Positions 62,976 to 64,000 of a stretch of 64,000 nt of DNA are shown here, piece after piece. Within the stretch, counting starts at the first letter, position 1, and each line of letters begins with the position of its first letter. The position numbers and the translations under genes are program-made. The notes beneath the pieces are model-generated. The model was not told where the DNA came from. It did no database searches and saw only the letters and a program-made list of their open reading frames with translations. Origin of the DNA: Convolutriloba macropyga (lineage: Eukaryota); contig NC_134480.1 of assembly GCF_964194025.1 (NCBI RefSeq), positions 15,004,001-15,068,000 of the forward strand, written 5' to 3'.

Positions 62976-64000
62976 GCCAACACAAAGGTAATTTTACAGA
63001 TGAAAGGATTCAATAAACTTAAGTGATCTGAATTAATAACTATATCATTGAAGTTATGAAGAAATTCATCGGTAGTTTTTTCGACCCGTAAATTTTCGAT
63101 GCGTATATCGTTCTAGTTTCGAATTTTTTTGATAACTCTATGCATCGAAAAGTAGCATCTGACATACGCTATAAATAGACATTTTCTATAATATGAATTG
63201 CTGTAGAGAGCCATCCTTTTTTTTAACTTGAAGAGAAAAAAATCAATTTGAGAAATTAAGGTGCTGGACTGTAAACGAACATTGAATTTGCATAACTCAA
63301 TATAGAGATCGATGTGAAAATCAAAAGTAGAATCACTATTATCACTAGTAACGTGGAATCAGTAGCATCATTGCTAAAAAATTACGAAAGTGATTGAGAC
63401 AATAGTTAAGTTTTCCAGAAGTTAGTCTACTATTTGACACACCTATAGAAAGAAATTCTTACTAAAAGATACCTTGAAAAAAACAAGAAAACTTTGTAGG
63501 CGGTTTATTCAGCAAATATTGATCGTGAGAAGTAATGGCAGTTCTGACTTTCTCCCTACTGAAAAGATTTCGAACTTTTAATGAAACTTTCAATTCTCAC
63601 CTAAGATTAGAGGTTAATTTCCAAATGTGGGATGAACTTAGGGATGAATTTAAGAGGCTAACATACAATCTTCGTTATTCTCAGAGGTATGAATTGAGAC
63701 ATTTTTTTCATATTCAATTCATTTCTCAGTTTGAGAAGGTTATTATAGCGGTATCTTTAACACCATTCAACTGAATTCAATAAAGTAAAAGTCGATGCAA
63801 ACTGAAAAAGAAGAAAAGCAAAATCAGCTGGTATTTTTGGGGCATTTCGATGAAATATTTTCAAAAAAATATACAATAACTTAAAAAATTAGTTATTGAG
63901 ATAATTTTTAAAAGGTGGCAATTATTTTTAAAATGAGTCTTGGAGAAAAGAATTTCAGACATATCATACAAGCCTTTGTGAGATCAGTATCATTATATTG

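Overview
AT-rich, intron-rich eukaryotic (metazoan, invertebrate-like) genomic DNA; no prokaryotic features and no CRISPR. Three host genes lie on the + strand. (1) A 9-coding-exon RNF123/KPC1 E3 ligase (SPRY...RING, 8031-32174), whose SPRY exon is also present as a near-identical upstream tandem copy (1491-2291). (2) A 4-exon KHDC4/BLOM7-like KH protein gene (42862-46763). (3) The first two exons of a secreted PAN/apple-domain protein gene (49796-50011, 62491-62680). The rest is mostly mobile DNA. This includes a decayed Penelope-like retroelement (3497-7789) with pLTRs carrying minimal hammerhead ribozymes, an SGNH-like upstream ORF and, most unusually, a PHD finger inserted in-frame inside the RT catalytic core. 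There are also a chimeric solo pLTR, CR1/L2-like LINE remnants, and two families of non-autonomous Helentron-like (HINE) elements that nest and amplify to inflate introns; one family carries a tRNA-like Pol III A/B-box module and a 71-bp A-box array. Finally, a young Mag-like Ty3/Gypsy element (55080-62398, TSD ATCGC) has a 34-aa repeat linker between RNase H and integrase and a damaged 3' LTR. All family assignments come from motif recognition by eye; no database search was run.
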